Source of the DNA: Klebsormidium nitens
Lineage: Eukaryota; Plantae; Klebsormidiophyceae
Reading direction: 5' to 3'
Length of the DNA: 36,948 nt
NCBI GenBank assembly: GCA_000708835.1
Contig: DF237699.1
Span: forward strand, 1-36,948
Of this stretch, positions 33,558 to 36,948 are shown piece after piece; position 1 is the first letter of the stretch, and the number at the start of each line of letters is the position of its first letter. The notes under the pieces are model-generated. The model was not told the origin of the DNA. It ran no database searches and saw only the letters and a list, made by a program, of their open reading frames with translations. The translations under genes were made by a program, and so were the position numbers.

Positions 33558-36500
33558 TCACACCTCCTCTTTGACACCTGCCTTCGGCTGCGCAACAGTC
33601 CAGGCAGCTATTTCGTCACAAGTCTTGTGCACAGCAGCCACGTAATCCAAGACAGGAATGTCGGTATCGTCGCAGCCAAAAGGATCCGCTAAAGCGTTAG
33701 AGACCTCCCGAAGCCCCAGGGTGCAGACGACCGTTAGGAACACCGGAATGATGCTGTAGAAGTAGCTCGGCAAAATCTGCAAGAAAGGCGCAGCGGTTCA
33801 AAGATTATATATCAGGATCGGAGTGACAACTGATGATGTCGGCTGTAACGCGTTTGGTGACGCAAATTCCACTCACAGCTTTGGCGCCTACATCACGGGG
33901 ACTGGCGGGAGAGAGACATGTACGTTCTTGGCACAAGCTAGAAGAATGCTTCGGTTAGTACGACCAGCTTCTGTTGTCGTGATTTTGTTAATCTGAAAGG
34001 GACTTTTCTGTTCCAGACAGTCTGCGGGTCTCCGCTTCGAGTGCTCACTAAGAGAACGCCGGTCGTTTTTCAGGTTACTGATGCAGGTTGTCAATATCGC
34101 CACTGTATAGTTCCGGTAACACCCTTTTGTCGTAGACGAAACTTGAAAGCAGTCCAAGGTACTAAGACGTTCTCTGCACTTTGATCCTTCGTAGCCTGGT
34201 CCTATTTGTATACGCAAATCTCTTTTCACGAAGCCCGGGCCCCTTGCTGGTCATGCCGCAATATTGGAGCGAACTCGACCTACAACCTGGCAAGAATCAG
34301 TGACGGCTTGCCCAGTCTTTCTGCAATACTGACAAGCTCCAGACTATTCTGGCTTTTTGTTTTGAGCGAGACCGTCAGCTTGCTCCTAATGATCCATAGA
34401 TGGCCACGATCCTTGGACATACCTGGGTGTAAGCCAACACGACCAAGTACCCGAGGGCCATGACGTTGAGCAGAGTGTAGACGGCAAAAGGAACCTGCAG
34501 ATATTTTCAATCTTGGTTTCCAGAAATCAAAGTTCCAAGGAAACAGGCTGACGTCGGCTGACTCCCGTGGCTAAGCGAGCTGATGCAACAGCAATGTAAA
34601 CACAACAAGAGACGAGGTCTACCGGCTAAGCGAGCTGATGCAACAGCAATGTAAACACAACAAGAGACGAGGTCTACCGATCAATGGCGCGTGAGATCAG
34701 ATACCGTCGTACGACCATATGAAGGCCCGCTGGTGAGAAAGTCAAGCAAGAAGACTGATTGATCTACTCTATGATGAGCGGAGCAGATGTTGAGGTCTGG
34801 CGACTTATGCAAATTATAGTCGGCTAAATTGCGTGGAAGACTGACCGGCATGTTAGAGTACTCGTAAAGAGATACCAGCCCCACTGTCACTGCTTCAAAG
34901 TACGTGTTCACCCTATCCAGCGTTCGCTCGCTGATGTGTCCCAACTCGAGCTCGCGATATAAGGTGTGAGTTATAGCGTAGTACATCTGCATATGGAGAT
35001 GGGAGAAGTAGTCTGCATATGAAGATGCGAGAAGTAGACCACTCAATTCAAGTTTGAGGTTCGAAACCTGGCATCCCGATGCTGTTGAGCACTGGAAGCT
35101 TTGGAGAGAGGCTCTTCGCTCCCCGAAGGAGATTGGAGCGCTGATTAAAAAAACCGTCTGATTTTCTGCACAGCCCACTTCTTCTCGGAATTCATCCGTG
35201 GGCGCTCGCCCAAAAGAGAAGAGAGAGAGAATCACGCAAGTCCGTGTTGTTGGTTTCAAGTCCATCGTCAAAAGCGTGGCAGAATCAAATGTCAGAGCAC
35301 AGGAGAAGGGCGATCAAGACGGTCGTATTGACTAGCTGCCAGTCCATTCTCGATCTGTCTGGAGTACGATGGATGCTAACAAAGTAGAGCCTTCGCGCTC
35401 ACAAAGGACGTTCAACCATGCTGAAGAACACGACACTCATTTTTTCCAAAGTCGCGTTTCAAAATAAACTGATGTTCATCACTCAACCGGGGTCCATCAA
35501 TGTTGCCTCTGAGGTTGAAGCTTCCACATACTGCGCTCAGGATTCAAAGCATCAGAGCCCTGAGCAAGAGTGTTCAGACACCCAAGCGAAAAGTTTCACT
35601 GCTTGCAAGCCGCATGAGTGGTTTCTGAGCTCAAGATTGCAGAGTTTCTGACCTCAAAGAAAGGCAAAGCATCCCCTGACAGGCCCAGGATTCGCTCTTG
35701 CTCCGCAGCAGTGACCAACTCAAGAGATTCCAAGCGCTCCAGGATCCACATGTGGATGTTGTTCGTCTTGTAATGCGGAAGCCAACCGAACCCCAAGTAA
35801 AGCATAGCCATGGACTGCCGGTGCAACTCCTGAAGAACCTCTAGTGCCCCCTCAAATCTGTTCCCGTCAAACAAGCTCCGGAGGGCAGTAGCAAAGGCAT
35901 ATGAGTTGCTTATGACGCGGCAGCAAGCGTTGTACTGCTCGAAGAACCTTCATGGAGAAAGAGCACAATGTCAGTCTCAAATAACAAGGGCCCAGAAATT
36001 CAAACTGCATCGACCAATCTACCCCTTCGATCTCTGTGTGAATGTCACAAGCTTTCCGGAATCAGTCTCGCTTTGACAGATGATACGAGAATACAATGAG
36101 ATTTCCTTCCAGCTAGCACCTATAACACTATGCATATGCAAAGCAAAAGGAACCCATGTCTAACAAGGATTGTGCGGCCATAAGATTCTCACGATTCGCG
36201 TTGCAACGCATTTGAAGAAGCCAAAGTGAGAAGTCGAATCTCCTTCCGGAACTGGATTGCTGCGAGTCTGTCAGCTTCACAGGCACTGGTTTCAGCTGAG
36301 CATGGCTTTGCCGGTGTGCAACTTACCGAGTGTAGCTCTGAGTGGTCTGGAAGACTAAGCAGAAGGATGTCATGATTCCAAGAAAGCCGCTGTATGTTCC
36401 TGATCTCAGGAAAGGCCACGCCGAGTCTGACGTTGTAGCATCCGTCCGTGTATGGCCGTGGCCTACTTTATAATAGAACACCAAGATGAAGATGTGGATG

Positions 36501-36948
36501 GCCATGATTAGCCAGAAGGACAGGGACTGCAAGACCATGAGCGTGGCGCTCCCCCCTAAGCGGAAGAGCAGGCGAAGAGGTGTTGATGCATCGTAAAAGA
36601 TGGTGCCAGTGGGAATCTGCAAGAAGGGTCCCTTTCATTTCAGCTGAGAGAATGGTAAGATCAGCACTTTCAGGAGCGTGCTGAACAAAGCTGATGGACG
36701 CAAACCTTGGAGTGCAAGAGGCTTCTGACGTTCTCTAGTTTCCAGGAGCTGTTTGAAGACCTGATACTTTCTCGCCAATTCTTCCACCAGCTAGTACTTG
36801 TGTAGATAGAACCGAGCACAGCATTGAGAAAGGCTGTCGCACACACAAATGCCCAGCCTTACTTTCCTAGTGAAGCTCCACAATGAGTCTTTCACACGGC
36901 ATTCAGCTTACCAGCTTAACTTTCTTCAGTGGTCTCAGGGCTTCCGCG
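33558..36948 (-). CDS. Bestrophin / UPF0187 (RFP-TM) family anion channel, 5' end beyond the window
   Basis: Phase-consistent exons (-): >36948-36912, 36616-36327, 35947-35653, 34986-34846, 34494-34423, 33776-33558. Motifs: FYDASTPLRLLFRLGGS (N-terminal RLLFRLxGS), LGIMTSFCLVFQTTQSYTRFFE (cf. LGFRxxxxYxRxxE), PVPFAVY (cf. PIPFAY), GLREVSNALADPFGCDDTDIP (cf. ExDPFGxDxxDLP). Confidence 0.9.
34569..34678. repeat. Perfect 55-bp tandem duplication in a bestrophin intron
   Basis: ggctaagcgagctgatgcaacagcaatgtaaacacaacaagagacgaggtctacc x2 (34569-34623 and 34624-34678), no mismatches. Confidence 0.95.
34986..35037. repeat. 26-bp tandem duplication spanning a bestrophin 3' splice site
   Basis: tctgcatatggagatgggagaagtag and tctgcatatgaagatgcgagaagtag (24/26). 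Confidence 0.9.

Noticed and set aside
1-36948. CRISPR arrays, rRNA, prokaryotic operons, and most short ORFs in the supplied track
   Set aside because: There are no regularly spaced repeats or rRNA motifs. The DNA is spliced eukaryotic sequence, and the short ORFs are antisense shadows, intron read-throughs or chance.

Overview
Eukaryotic, intron-rich DNA of about 50% GC with GT-AG introns (gtgagt/gtaagt donors, tgcag acceptors). The gene content and style fit a green alga or charophyte such as Klebsormidium, which is inference only. Three genes can be reconstructed by hand. (1) A 9-exon, 472-aa glutamate-receptor-like channel (GLR/iGluR family, + strand, 17576-26199) with no amino-terminal domain. 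(2) An intronless coiled-coil + KCTD/T1-type BTB/POZ gene (+, 30965-32239). (3) A bestrophin/UPF0187-family anion channel (-, stop at 33558) whose 5' end lies beyond the window. The first ~16 kb has no gene I can reconstruct, only exon-like relics, hairpins and small inverted-repeat elements. A nest of Tc1/mariner-type MITE sequence and a CCGTAC motif cluster lie just upstream of the GLR. The most notable points are the GLR's non-canonical ligand pocket (Asp where the carboxylate-binding Arg should be), its NMDA-like Asn at the pore Q/R/N site, and its proximity to a bestrophin and a KCTD-like protein. Nearly all short ORFs in the supplied track are spurious or are exon fragments. No rRNA, tRNA or CRISPR array was found.
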